The notes: a model not told the origin generated them from the sequence alone. Counted from the stretch's first letter, positions 8,264 through 17,200 are shown. The stretch: 35,886 bases of DNA from a virus (IMGVR_UViG_3300020045_006286:1-35886), one strand, 5' to 3'. Program-made: numbers and translations.

Positions 8264-8544
8264 GCTGCAAGCCTTTCATTCGTTAGCTCCAATAAATCCC
8301 GCTGAGACACATCAAAATGACGCTCCCATGCTTTTGTCCCCATCGTGTGAATTCCTTCTGCGCCTTGGTGATGATTGAAGCAAAGCGGAATCAATGTGGT
8401 GTAGTCGCCTTTCCCCCATCCTCCAGTGCGCATGTGGTGCAGAGTTACGTTTCCTCCTGCGTGCTGCCCATGGATTCGCTCACATATCACGCAACTCATT
8501 TCGGCCAATAGGCTTTTGTGGTGCTTTTCGGCTTTTGTGGTCAT
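8260..8544 (-). CDS. Ref/DUF968-like HNH-type nuclease
   Basis: CxxC...LHH...IPLCxxHH...GIH; follows NinB. Confidence 0.75.
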   Translation of the reverse strand: MTTKAEKHHKSLLAEMSCVICERIHGQHAGGNVTLHHMRTGGWGKGDYTTLIPLCFNHHQGAEGIHTMGTKAWERHFDVSQRDLLELTNERLAA

Positions 8545-8984
8545 GCGGCCTCCGTGATTTCGCCGGTATCGGCATCAACCCACTCTGGCGCTGAAAACTT
8601 GACGCCTTGCTGCGCTCCGAATGCTTCCATAAGCATCTGCAAATCGCCCATTTCGGCCTTGGTCATCTTGCTGGTAGACAGTCCGAGCACCACAAAGCCA
8701 CCGTCAAGGCCCGGCACAACGTCCTGCTTCTTGAGTGCTGCACTAAAGACGTGCTTCCATTCCTCCGGCGACAGCTTGCGGCCATACCAGTTCACCTGTT
8801 GACTTACCTCTGTCAGCATGGCCCATAAACGGGCGTTCTGCGCTACTGAGCGGGTTTCCGGTGCCAGCGTCAGCACCATGCGCTTACCAGCCGTCAACAT
8901 GGCCTTGGCTTGCGTCCATACGGCCATTAATTGCGCATGGCCTTGCTGGGCGTTGAAAAGCGTTACCGTCATGCGCTGGGTCAC
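8541..8984 (-). CDS. ninB: NinB-family recombination protein
   Basis: RSVAQNARLWAMLTEVSQQV, VPGLDGGFVVLG.STSKM. Confidence 0.92.
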   Translation of the reverse strand: MTQRMTVTLFNAQQGHAQLMAVWTQAKAMLTAGKRMVLTLAPETRSVAQNARLWAMLTEVSQQVNWYGRKLSPEEWKHVFSAALKKQDVVPGLDGGFVVLGLSTSKMTKAEMGDLQMLMEAFGAQQGVKFSAPEWVDADTGEITEAA

Positions 8985-9379
8985 GGCTTGAACTCCAGCA
9001 CAGCTTTGATGCCAGCATCAACGATCTCATGCGACGGCGCTTGCATCCAATGCGTCGGTGCCAATCCATCCATATCCCGATGGAATTTCTCAATGCATTT
9101 CAGTTGCGCTTTGTTGTATCTGAAAACTCCTGATGGCTGCATTGTTGACATGGCTCTGATGGAATCTTCCATCGCTGCTTTGGCAATCATTGCAGCAGCC
9201 ATAAACCCGGCTGTGTCGGGCTTTACCTCATATTCGTAGCGCCTGCCGCCGTCTGCATATGCGTAGACAAGCCGGAATGTTCCAACGGCCATTTGATCGC
9301 TGGCTGAATCTTCGTGCCAGTAGGCCTGAACAGGAACGTATTTGCGGCCTACTTTTTTGTAAAGTGGTTCTGTTTTCAC
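8981..9379 (-). CDS. Hypothetical protein
   Basis: LYKKVGRKYVPV N-terminus; GTGA overlaps. Confidence 0.75.
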   Translation of the reverse strand: MKTEPLYKKVGRKYVPVQAYWHEDSASDQMAVGTFRLVYAYADGGRRYEYEVKPDTAGFMAAAMIAKAAMEDSIRAMSTMQPSGVFRYNKAQLKCIEKFHRDMDGLAPTHWMQAPSHEIVDAGIKAVLEFKP

Positions 9380-9726
9380 TCTGGCTGCTCCGTCAATCGC
9401 ACCTTCACCATTCCGCCGATCTGATCTTTGACATACGGATAGCAGCGGAATCGCTTGTCATCTATCCCGAGTGCCATGGCAATTCCATCGCGTCCAGCCT
9501 TAAAGCTGGCAACTAGGTTGTCATCGTCACGATGGCGGCGGTCTGGCGGGTAAAAATCAACCCATAGCCCAATGCGGGGCGAATCAGGAGCAACCATGCC
9601 TGACTCTTTGCAAAGCGCCCAGCAAGCCTCTTTGTAGGCCTTGGTGATTGGGGCCTTCTTGCGCCAGTGAGTGCGGGCATTTGGACTCAGAGCACGCGGG
9701 GGCCACGGTAGGGTTAGCTCGATCAT
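9376..9726 (-). CDS. rusA: RusA-like Holliday junction resolvase
   Basis: LPWPP..LSPN, FYPPDRRHRDDDN, KAGRDG, IDD. Confidence 0.85.
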   Translation of the reverse strand: MIELTLPWPPRALSPNARTHWRKKAPITKAYKEACWALCKESGMVAPDSPRIGLWVDFYPPDRRHRDDDNLVASFKAGRDGIAMALGIDDKRFRCYPYVKDQIGGMVKVRLTEQPE

Positions 9727-9866
9727 TTCCCACCTTTCATGGCTTTAGCTTCTTTCACTCCGCTCGCAATATCAAGCCACGGCAAGCGATCGTCATAGCG
9801 TGCTGTGATGTAGTCTGCATATTCAGGCTGCGGGGTTGTTTTTGATGTTCCGGTGTGCATGGTCAT
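9723..9866 (-). CDS. Small hypothetical protein (start uncertain)
   Basis: Fills the gap; stop overlaps rusA ATG. Confidence 0.45.
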   Translation of the reverse strand: MTMHTGTSKTTPQPEYADYITARYDDRLPWLDIASGVKEAKAMKGGK

Positions 9867-9892
9867 GATGTGTTCGATGATTTGTTGGCGAG

Positions 9893-10336
9893 TTAATTGC
9901 GTTTGATGCTGTGCATGGCGGCAATCTTGTTGATGAATCTGCGTGCTTTGCTGTTCCATTCGTCTTCCATTCCTACGCCGTCTCGACAATCTTTCCCGCT
10001 GATTCGGTACACAGTCCACCCGTGAGTGCACAAAATAGAATCGCGTGCTGCATCCTTTTCTTTATCAAGGTGATAAGCCTCGCCATCGCATTCAATGGCT
10101 ACCTTTGCTTTCGGGTTGGCAAAGTCAACAAACACCCCGGCTACAGGGTATTGCGGGTAAACCACCAGATCAACCGCTCGAATGTCGTGCCACAACCATG
10201 ACTCAATCGGAGTCATTCGGATAAGGCCTGTGTCCCATGCGTAGGCATCAATAGCCCATTCATTCTTGGCTTCTCTTATGATTTTTTCATTCATCATGTC
10301 GTAATATTCTTTTATCAAATTCCAGTTATGAGACAT
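9893..10336 (-). CDS. DUF559/Vsr-like endonuclease domain protein
   Basis: TPIE..LW, PQYPV...VDFA...VAIECDG..YH...D..RD..L...GW.V.R. Confidence 0.85.
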   Translation of the reverse strand: MSHNWNLIKEYYDMMNEKIIREAKNEWAIDAYAWDTGLIRMTPIESWLWHDIRAVDLVVYPQYPVAGVFVDFANPKAKVAIECDGEAYHLDKEKDAARDSILCTHGWTVYRISGKDCRDGVGMEDEWNSKARRFINKIAAMHSIKRN

Positions 10337-11685
10337 CACAGATCGCCCTTTTGTTTGAATCCTGATTTCTGCGGAGCTGGACCACTCCACCCGTAAAACT
10401 TTGTCTTGCTGCCTTGGTAGTTCAAGTGAATCAGTCCACACTGACCATTTCTATTTTTGGCAATTGAAAGTTTTGCAAAGTGTTGCCATTCAATACCAAG
10501 CTCTTGATTCGCCTGAATAGGGCGATGGACGAACATCACCACATCAGCGTCTTGCTCAATGGCTCCAGAGTCTCGAAGGTCACTCAATTGCGGAACGGCA
10601 TCCGCTCCCCTTGATTCGATTCCTCGGTTTAGCTGGGCAAGGCAAATCACAGCGATACCGAGCTCTTTTGCAAGATTCTTTAACCCCCGGCTCACTTCTT
10701 CGAGTTGATATGCGCGTTGTTGCTTCGCATCCAATCCGGTCATCAAGCCGATGTAATCGACTACCAACACCTCAAGTCCCTGAGTGCGTTTTATGCTTCT
10801 GGCCTTGCTGCGCACCTGGTTGATATTCAATCCGCTTTTGTCCGACACGGCAAAGCGCATATTTCGGCACCTATCAACACTCTCTGACACGCGGTCCCAT
10901 TGCAATCCTGTATCTGGTCGCTTGACGGTTGATAGACTGACATTTCCAATCATGGCGACCATGCGATCACGAACATCTGATTGCGTCATTTCCATAGACA
11001 ACATAGCGACAGAATGAGTTTCAGCCATATGCAGGCCTATAGTCATTCCAAGTGCAGTTTTCCCCATTGAAGGACGAGCACCAACAATCACCAGTTCACC
11101 AGCACGCAACCCGCCCTCAAGATAACGATCCAAATCCTCTAGGCCGGTGCTCCATGCGCTTACCTTGCCACTATTGCGATCTTCGAGAACTTGTGTGTGT
11201 TGGATCAAACCTTCGTATGCATTTACAAATTCGTCATCTGGCGCTTCATCAATTAGCCCCGCCAATAGGCCTGTAGCCTTCTCTACTCTTTCATCGATGG
11301 TGAGTTGGTGGGTATGTGCCAACTCAGACAGTTCGGCGCTCACAGACAGCAATGCGCGACTTTTGAACCGTTCAATGACGATGTCGGCATAACGCTTGAT
11401 GCTGGAGATGCTTGGCACGTATTGCGCCAATGCGTTTAGCTCCGTCATTTCAACGTCTCCAGCCATGGCCGTTCCGACTGTCACCACATCGCAAACCTTA
11501 CCGGATGCAATTTGCCGCGTGATTTCGTTGTAAATGTCTCGATTTGTTTTGGTGAAAAAGTGCTCTGGCTTGAGTTTGTCGCTGATCTGATCGAATGATC
11601 TGTTATCCAAAAGTAAGCCGCCAATCAAACCGTTTTCTGCGTCAACATTGGCAATAGCATCGAGCATTGGCATGTAATCGTTCAT
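10336..11685 (-). CDS. dnaB: Replicative DNA helicase, DnaB family
   Basis: GARPSMGKT, SMEM, VVDYIGLM, LAQLNR, DLRDSGAIEQDAD, AKNRNG; start MNDYM overlaps initiator stop. Confidence 0.96.
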   Translation of the reverse strand: MNDYMPMLDAIANVDAENGLIGGLLLDNRSFDQISDKLKPEHFFTKTNRDIYNEITRQIASGKVCDVVTVGTAMAGDVEMTELNALAQYVPSISSIKRYADIVIERFKSRALLSVSAELSELAHTHQLTIDERVEKATGLLAGLIDEAPDDEFVNAYEGLIQHTQVLEDRNSGKVSAWSTGLEDLDRYLEGGLRAGELVIVGARPSMGKTALGMTIGLHMAETHSVAMLSMEMTQSDVRDRMVAMIGNVSLSTVKRPDTGLQWDRVSESVDRCRNMRFAVSDKSGLNINQVRSKARSIKRTQGLEVLVVDYIGLMTGLDAKQQRAYQLEEVSRGLKNLAKELGIAVICLAQLNRGIESRGADAVPQLSDLRDSGAIEQDADVVMFVHRPIQANQELGIEWQHFAKLSIAKNRNGQCGLIHLNYQGSKTKFYGWSGPAPQKSGFKQKGDL

Positions 11686-12491
11686 GCTGCTGCTCCCGTT
11701 TTTTCGATGACTTGCAGCTTGCCTTTTTCGCTCAGTAAAAAATCGATGTCGCAACGCCACCCCTCGTGTCCACTTGACCTAGCGCCTCTGCCCATCAAAA
11801 AATCATTGTCTCTGGCGCGTTCGAAGTAGGAACGAATCCAGTTCACGGCCTCATCGCCAGTTTGGGCGCGTCGTTCACCGTTTGACTTTTTGCTGGTCAG
11901 AACCCAACGGCAAAACGAACCGATTGATTTCTTCCGTTTGTCGGTCAATAGCTTGACTTGCGGTAGCTCTGGCAAGACCTCGTGAAATATTTCAACAACG
12001 GTTTGAGCAGGAATTGACGGTACAGGGTCGGCCTTGGCGACAGGTACGTTAGTACCTATATCTGTATCTGTATCTGTATCTGGCGTTTTCTTGCGTTCTT
12101 GTTGCGTTCGGTTGCGTTCGGTTGCGTTCAAATCGTCCGTTTTCTTCTGTTTTTGAGCCTCGCGCCATGCTTTTGCACGTTCAGCAGCTCCATCTTCACG
12201 CTCTACTTGACGTTTTGCCCATCCAGCAACCATGTCTCCATCCAAAACACGGCCCTGCATCGCAGATAGGATTTGTTCGACTTGTTCACCTTCGAGATCG
12301 AGTGCGCTTGCGATATCTTCCGAACATACGCCTTGCGTTCGTCCGCGTTCGGTTGCGTTCGACGCGATAACAAGGATGTGAACGTACACAGCAATTACAC
12401 TTGGAATTGACTGCTTTGATGCCCTGGCGATAGTCCGCCACTTTGGATCATTCGGCATGTCGTGCCATAAGCGGAGCCATTGATTTGCCAT
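11682..12491 (-). CDS. Phage replication initiator (lambda O-like)
   Basis: WLRLWHDMPNDPKW N-terminus, repeat linker, directly upstream of DnaB. Confidence 0.85.
   Translation of the reverse strand: MANQWLRLWHDMPNDPKWRTIARASKQSIPSVIAVYVHILVIASNATERGRTQGVCSEDIASALDLEGEQVEQILSAMQGRVLDGDMVAGWAKRQVEREDGAAERAKAWREAQKQKKTDDLNATERNRTQQERKKTPDTDTDTDIGTNVPVAKADPVPSIPAQTVVEIFHEVLPELPQVKLLTDKRKKSIGSFCRWVLTSKKSNGERRAQTGDEAVNWIRSYFERARDNDFLMGRGARSSGHEGWRCDIDFLLSEKGKLQVIEKTGAAA
12058..12361. repeat. Iterons / probable replication origin
   Basis: TTGCGTTC x4 at 10-bp period (12091-12130), three similar copies at 12333-12361, (TATCTG)4 at ~12059-12082. Confidence 0.65.
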
Positions 12492-12767
12492 TCAAGCCAC
12501 CTTCCATTCGCGCTGCATCCGACCTGAATCAGACTTAACAGAGCGCCCTGTAAGCTCGATTTGTCCTAGCGTGTGCAATTCCTTCAATCGCTTACCTACG
12601 GCATGTCCTGGGCGGTCTACGATGGCTCCAATTTGATCTGCGCCACGCGGGCCAAATGTTTTGAGCGCATAGACAATTGCTTTGTGATCTGCGCCCTTGA
12701 ATTCGTGCACGCGATCAGCAGCTTGGAATGACTCAATGGGATCACTAGAACGGCATAGTGGGGTCAT
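12492..12767 (-). CDS. Winged-helix-like DNA-binding protein
   Basis: R.SDP..S..AA N-terminus, KRLKEL...G.I helix-wing pattern. Confidence 0.7.
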   Translation of the reverse strand: MTPLCRSSDPIESFQAADRVHEFKGADHKAIVYALKTFGPRGADQIGAIVDRPGHAVGKRLKELHTLGQIELTGRSVKSDSGRMQREWKVA

Positions 12768-15001
12768 GCTGCCTCCGCTTCTTCAATGGCGAATAAACCA
12801 GATGCTTGCGTTTCGCGTGCTTCGCGTAGATTGCGAGTCGCCAACTCCCAATAGCTGCGCTTGAGTTCTGATCCGATGAACTTGCGGCCCATTTCAATCG
12901 ACACGTAGCCCTCGCTGCCAATTCCGGTAAATGGCGAAAAAACCAAGTCACCAGGATTACTCCAAAGCTCCATAGCACGCTCGATCACATCAAGTTGCAA
13001 AGGGCAAATGTGCCGTTCGTCGTCGCTCTCACGGGCAGTTTTGAATTGAAGCGTGCGTGATGGGTTAATGTCCATCCAAACAGGCGATGCGTACCGCTGC
13101 CACTTGGCAACTGGAAATGTCTCATGAGTGTGGCTAATCGGCTCTTGGTTGTCGCCGGGCTTGCGCATGGTCACAAGGTAATCAGCAATACCCTGCCGGC
13201 TCATGCTTGAGTCTTTGCGGATGGTTTTGTGCAGAAGGCCGAGCGCCTTAGTGCGCTGCATTGCGGTTACTGGGTCTTTCCAGATGGTCACTTTGCTGTG
13301 ATAAATCCATCCATCATCGGTAAACATGCGCGTCAGCTCTCCCGTGAAATCATGCAGGCCAATGACGCCATCACGGAACTTCGAGGTTTGCAAATCCATG
13401 CAATGGAACGACAGCAAGCGACCGGGCTTAATGACTCGGTAAAGCTCTTTCACCAAAAATCTGAAATGCTCGTAAAACTCGCTGGTTGACTTGCAGTTAC
13501 CCATGTCTCGGTCACTGTTGCTGTAGGTGTACAGGCTTGCAAATGGCGGGCTGAACACGCTGTAATCAATCGAGTCGTCCGGTAGCTCTCGCGCCACTTC
13601 AACGCAATCGCCCAAGTGAATAGTCCAGCCCTCACCCTGCGCCACTTCGCGTTTGTAGTCGCTCTTTTCCATTGATGCACCTTTGATTTTTTGCTTTGTG
13701 AGTTCGCGCATGTGGTCAACCATGGACTGCGCCATATCATCGGCTTGGGCCTGCTTGCGTTCGAGATTTGCCTTTACTGCGCCCTCCGATTCTGCGGAGA
13801 CAAGATGCACATCGACAATGTGATGCTGACCGAAGCGATGGCAGCGGCGGATGGCTTGGTAAAAGCTCTCATAAGAGTCATCCAAGCCAGCAAATACCAT
13901 GTCATGGCAATGCTGCCAATTCATGCCAAACCCGCAAATCGATGCCTTGCTGACTAAAACCCGCTTTTCACCATGCGTAAAAGCCATGATTGCAGTTTCT
14001 TTTTCGTCGGCAGTCATTGAGCCGGTTACTTCAATGGCATCAGGAATGGCAGCGGTTAGCGCCTTGGATTCATCATTCAGGTGGCACCAGACAATAGCGG
14101 GCCGGTTGTGGCTGTTGACCGCCTCAGCGGTTATCTTGATGCGCTCGGCCATGCTTTTGCGTTTTGCGTCACGGCGCTCTGTCAGTGTCTGAGCAATGCC
14201 AGCAAATAACTGCCCATCAAGAGCCTCGTTTGACTCTACGATGTGCTCTTGCATCTTGAGTCCTGGCAGGATGTACGCAGAGCCATCAAATCCAAGGTCA
14301 GCCGGATTGCGGATGCAGATTGACCATGTTGCCATCCACTCCCAAAAGCGTGTTTTACCGTGGCCCTTGAGTCGCCATTGGCTTGTGTCGCCACCATCGT
14401 GGACAAAGAACATCGACAGCATTTCAACTGCTGTCATCACGCCCAAGAACTCGGCTTGGTTGCCAAGTTCCATGTGATCGTTTGGGGATGGTGTGGCGGT
14501 ACAACTCAGGCGATACGGCGTGCGCTGGAACATTTCAATGATCAGTGCACGAGTCTTGCTGGTTTGGCTTTTTAAAATGGATGATTCATCAAGCACGATG
14601 CCGACAAAATCAGCCGGATCAAACTTTTCCAGCATTTCGTAATTGGTAATCACGATGCGGGTGTTTTGATGAATGTCTTCTGGTTTTCGGCAATACTGGA
14701 TGTGAATGCCAAACTTTGCAGATTCCTCAACCGTCTGTTGAGCGACACACAAGGGCGCAGCAATCAAAACCATTCCGCCAGTGTGTTCTGACACTTGACG
14801 CGCCCACTCGGTTTGCATCGCGGTCTTGCCTAGGCCGGTGTCGGCAAATATGGCGGCACGGCCACGCTTGCAAGCCCATTCAACAATCGAGCGCTGAAAG
14901 TCAAACAGATGTTCCCCAAGGTCTCGCGGGTCAAATCCAGACACAACATCCTCTGATGCTTTGCGTTTAATGAAGTCGTCGTATAAAATCGCGCTACTCA
15001 T
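12764..15001 (-). CDS. Fused SF2 (SNF2-like) helicase - N4/N6 DNA methyltransferase
   Basis: DTGLGKT, LDESS, TATP, QAIRRCHRFGQ; then FSPPF (motif IV) before FTGIGSEG (motif I), beta-class order. Confidence 0.9.
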   Translation of the reverse strand: MSSAILYDDFIKRKASEDVVSGFDPRDLGEHLFDFQRSIVEWACKRGRAAIFADTGLGKTAMQTEWARQVSEHTGGMVLIAAPLCVAQQTVEESAKFGIHIQYCRKPEDIHQNTRIVITNYEMLEKFDPADFVGIVLDESSILKSQTSKTRALIIEMFQRTPYRLSCTATPSPNDHMELGNQAEFLGVMTAVEMLSMFFVHDGGDTSQWRLKGHGKTRFWEWMATWSICIRNPADLGFDGSAYILPGLKMQEHIVESNEALDGQLFAGIAQTLTERRDAKRKSMAERIKITAEAVNSHNRPAIVWCHLNDESKALTAAIPDAIEVTGSMTADEKETAIMAFTHGEKRVLVSKASICGFGMNWQHCHDMVFAGLDDSYESFYQAIRRCHRFGQHHIVDVHLVSAESEGAVKANLERKQAQADDMAQSMVDHMRELTKQKIKGASMEKSDYKREVAQGEGWTIHLGDCVEVARELPDDSIDYSVFSPPFASLYTYSNSDRDMGNCKSTSEFYEHFRFLVKELYRVIKPGRLLSFHCMDLQTSKFRDGVIGLHDFTGELTRMFTDDGWIYHSKVTIWKDPVTAMQRTKALGLLHKTIRKDSSMSRQGIADYLVTMRKPGDNQEPISHTHETFPVAKWQRYASPVWMDINPSRTLQFKTARESDDERHICPLQLDVIERAMELWSNPGDLVFSPFTGIGSEGYVSIEMGRKFIGSELKRSYWELATRNLREARETQASGLFAIEEAEAA

Positions 15002-15027
15002 TTTTGAAGTTCCTTTTTGAAGTGATA

Positions 15028-15068
15028 GAAAGCCGCTCAGCTCGTAACTGAAGCGGCTTTTGTTTTGG
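15028..15068. terminator. Hairpin AAAGCCGCT...AGCGGCTTT with T-tract on the + strand
   Basis: Inverted repeat followed by TTTTGTTTT. Confidence 0.5.
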
Positions 15069-15255
15069 CAAGTTCATGCCGGATTTCTTTGGCCTGCGCA
15101 GTGAAGCCCGACTCAACGCACCAGTTCGTGCGCAGATTGACGCGATTAGCCTGCTTGATGCGGTAGGTAGCCCCGACGTTTGCTTTGCGCATAGAGGCAA
15201 GAAACACGTCTGCATGAGAGGCTTGCGAATTCGCAACTGGCGTGTACTTACTCAT
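15037..15255 (-). CDS. Hypothetical protein
   Basis: Start overlaps the end of the cII-like gene. Confidence 0.55.
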   Translation of the reverse strand: MSKYTPVANSQASHADVFLASMRKANVGATYRIKQANRVNLRTNWCVESGFTAQAKEIRHELAKTKAASVTS

Positions 15256-15460
15256 TCCGGTTCACTCCGGGATGGACCGGCTTTACACCGGCGACACGGC
15301 AAATCAGAATTGACTCATGCAACTTCTGATCACTCCACTCTTTCAGCAATTGGCGCATCACGGTAGTGCGCTTGATGCCTTTGGCGTTGCAGTAGCCGTC
15401 GATGACAGCCGCTTCTTCTGCGGCAACCTCGAAGCTAATTTCAGTGGTTTTTTCAGCCAT
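15248..15460 (-). CDS. CII-position regulator, ribbon-helix-helix-like
   Basis: Strand-helix-helix pattern; between cro and the replication genes. Confidence 0.7.
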   Translation of the reverse strand: MAEKTTEISFEVAAEEAAVIDGYCNAKGIKRTTVMRQLLKEWSDQKLHESILICRVAGVKPVHPGVNRNE

Positions 15461-15473
15461 TTAGGAGCCTGCG

Positions 15474-15587
15474 ATGAATGAAATTGATGTATGGGCAGAC
15501 AAGGCGATAGCGGCCATGCTTGAACGTGTTGTTGCAGTGGTCATTTGGGAGTACCGCCAACTGATACTGGAGCTGCGTCGTGAGTAA
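15474..15587 (+). CDS. 37-aa ORF MNEIDVWADKAIAAMLERVVAVVIWEYRQLILELRRE
   Basis: SD AGGAG 6 nt upstream; helical composition; below the ORF-track cutoff. Confidence 0.4.
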   Translation: MNEIDVWADKAIAAMLERVVAVVIWEYRQLILELRRE

Positions 15588-15649
15588 GGGTGGAGAGTCC
15601 AGTCGGATTACTATTCAGGTTCCACAACCCGAACCCGAAAGGACTCCCC

Positions 15650-15910
15650 ATGTCAGAACAGATATTCAAATCATCCCCCGTTGCCATCGGAGAGAGGATC
15701 AGCATCAACAACCAGAAGGACGTCCCCATCAAGGCCATCGTCAGCGGCTTCGCTTGCGGGAGTCAAATCGAGATTGGGTTGTTGCCCGGACAGTTTTTCA
15801 CCATCATCGGGGGCGGTATTCCCTTGGTCGTTGCTTACCGGGACATCGAGGGGGAGGATGCCGATCACCCTATCCCCGTTGGGCAAGGTGTACTCCACAA
15901 CCTGCATTGA
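15650..15910 (+). CDS. Hypothetical protein antisense to the cro operon
   Basis: SD AAAGGA; globular beta-rich composition. Confidence 0.5.
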   Translation: MSEQIFKSSPVAIGERISINNQKDVPIKAIVSGFACGSQIEIGLLPGQFFTIIGGGIPLVVAYRDIEGEDADHPIPVGQGVLHNLH

Positions 15911-15946
15911 CGCGCTGGTGTTGTTCAGAATGGTTATGTGGCTCAT
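15671..15946 (-). CDS. Hypothetical acidic protein (overlaps the + ORF)
   Basis: Co-oriented with cro and coupled through a 10-codon ORF; may be a shadow ORF. Confidence 0.35.
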   Translation of the reverse strand: MSHITILNNTSASMQVVEYTLPNGDRVIGILPLDVPVSNDQGNTAPDDGEKLSGQQPNLDLTPASEAADDGLDGDVLLVVDADPLSDGNGG

Positions 15947-15971
15947 TGCTGCACCGCCTTGCTTGTGTGGC

Positions 15972-16163
15972 TCATGCTGCTGCCTTTTCTGCTGGCTTGC
16001 GTTTGCGCAAAAAGATGTGCGGGAAGTCAACCTTCACTTTGGAAGGTATGCCTCTTGTCTTCCAGTTTTGGACCCGCTCCCGGCTTCCTGGTGCGTCCAA
16101 TTTCAACAATGCGGCCACTTTTGCGGGGCCTCCGAGGCTGTCAATTAGCTCTGAATCGCTCAT
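15972..16163 (-). CDS. cro: Cro-like HTH repressor
   Basis: IDSLGGPAKVAALL...RVQNWKTRGIP; SD GGAG; divergent from cI. Confidence 0.88.
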   Translation of the reverse strand: MSDSELIDSLGGPAKVAALLKLDAPGSRERVQNWKTRGIPSKVKVDFPHIFLRKRKPAEKAAA

Positions 16164-16177
16164 GTTTGGTTCTCCGA

Positions 16178-16213
16178 TAACGCCATGTTACCACATCTAA
16201 TGCTGTGGCGTTA
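16178..16213. promoter_or_regulatory. OR-like operators TAACGCCATGTTA (16178-16190) and TGCTGTGGCGTTA (16201-16213)
   Basis: 13-bp imperfect palindrome matching the sites at 17201 and 17224. Confidence 0.7.
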
Positions 16214-16246
16214 TTGAAATAAACAACTAATTTGCGAAAATCAATC

Positions 16247-16699
16247 ATGAGCAGCAAAACACACCACCCTTCGTTTATTCGACTTGTCGATGCAACAATC
16301 GGCGTTGATGACCGTGCAGCCATTGCTGACATGCTGGGGCAGTCCCAAGCGGTAATAAACAACTGGGCTACCCGCTCAACTGGCGTGAGTAAAGACGGGG
16401 CTTTGTTGATTGAGCAAAAAACAGGCGTGTCGCCTACATGGATACTGACCGGCGTTATGCCTCCAAGCGGTCCGGTTCGAGCCGTTGAGGTATCTCAGCC
16501 TGAGCAAAGCAATGCCCCAAGCCCTCAAGCTGTGATGCTTGGAACCATGCTAGACAGCATCAAGAGCGAGCTGGAGAGGATTAGGGTTATGTCTGCATGT
16601 GTGAGCGTGATCGTTGCATCTGCACCGCAGCCGCCAGCCATAAATCAGCAAGTTGCTGCTGATGCTGCAAAAACGTTTGTCGAAGAATCCCAAACTTAG
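16247..16699 (+). CDS. cI: CI-like repressor (XRE HTH, no S24 peptidase domain)
   Basis: AAIADMLGQSQAVINNW...GVS...GVSPTWILTG; divergent from cro. Confidence 0.82.
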   Translation: MSSKTHHPSFIRLVDATIGVDDRAAIADMLGQSQAVINNWATRSTGVSKDGALLIEQKTGVSPTWILTGVMPPSGPVRAVEVSQPEQSNAPSPQAVMLGTMLDSIKSELERIRVMSACVSVIVASAPQPPAINQQVAADAAKTFVEESQT

Positions 16700-17003
16700 C
16701 CAGGTTTTCGCAAAACTGCATTGATGCTGATTGCTGATCTGGCCTGACTATCACCGCTGACGGCGGAACCCATCCGGGCCAATACTGACGCGGGGCATCA
16801 TCGCACCATTCAAACATCGTTGCAGCCGAATCCATGTGCTCCATGGCTGCATCTGATCTCCGTCTTTCCGGCAATATCAGTCCATCTAAGATGTGAATTG
16901 ATCCGGAGCTGATCGGTCCACTGTAATCAATATGCAGGATTTTCCCGCGTTGCACGCACCTTGCGCGTGAGCTGTAGTGCCTGTGCTCGATCATTTCCAT
17001 CAC
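16587..17003 (-). CDS. Hypothetical protein convergent with and overlapping cI
   Basis: 138-aa ORF with alpha/beta-like pattern and AT-rich upstream region. Confidence 0.6.
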   Translation of the reverse strand: MMEMIEHRHYSSRARCVQRGKILHIDYSGPISSGSIHILDGLILPERRRSDAAMEHMDSAATMFEWCDDAPRQYWPGWVPPSAVIVRPDQQSASMQFCENLAKFGILRQTFLQHQQQLADLWLAAAVQMQRSRSHMQT

Positions 17004-17200
17004 CGCCCTTTTGTTTAATTTTATTTAACAGCGCGAGATTTTGAGCTTTAGGATGTTATTTGCACATCCCCCATTGGTATGGTTTTTTAAAAATGATCAG
17101 GGAAAACCCTAGATCAATCCCATTTCTTAGCCAAAAAACAGTGGCTTTTTTGCTAATGACCGGATGGTCAGAAACAAATCATAAATATTTTGCAAATAAA

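Noticed and set aside
12058-12130. Tandem repeats as a CRISPR array or contingency locus
   Set aside because: 6- and 10-bp units without spacers inside the initiator gene; ordinary iterons and linker
15580-16200. 206-aa + ORF spanning cro
   Set aside because: Low-complexity Arg/His-rich shadow frame overlapping better-supported genes
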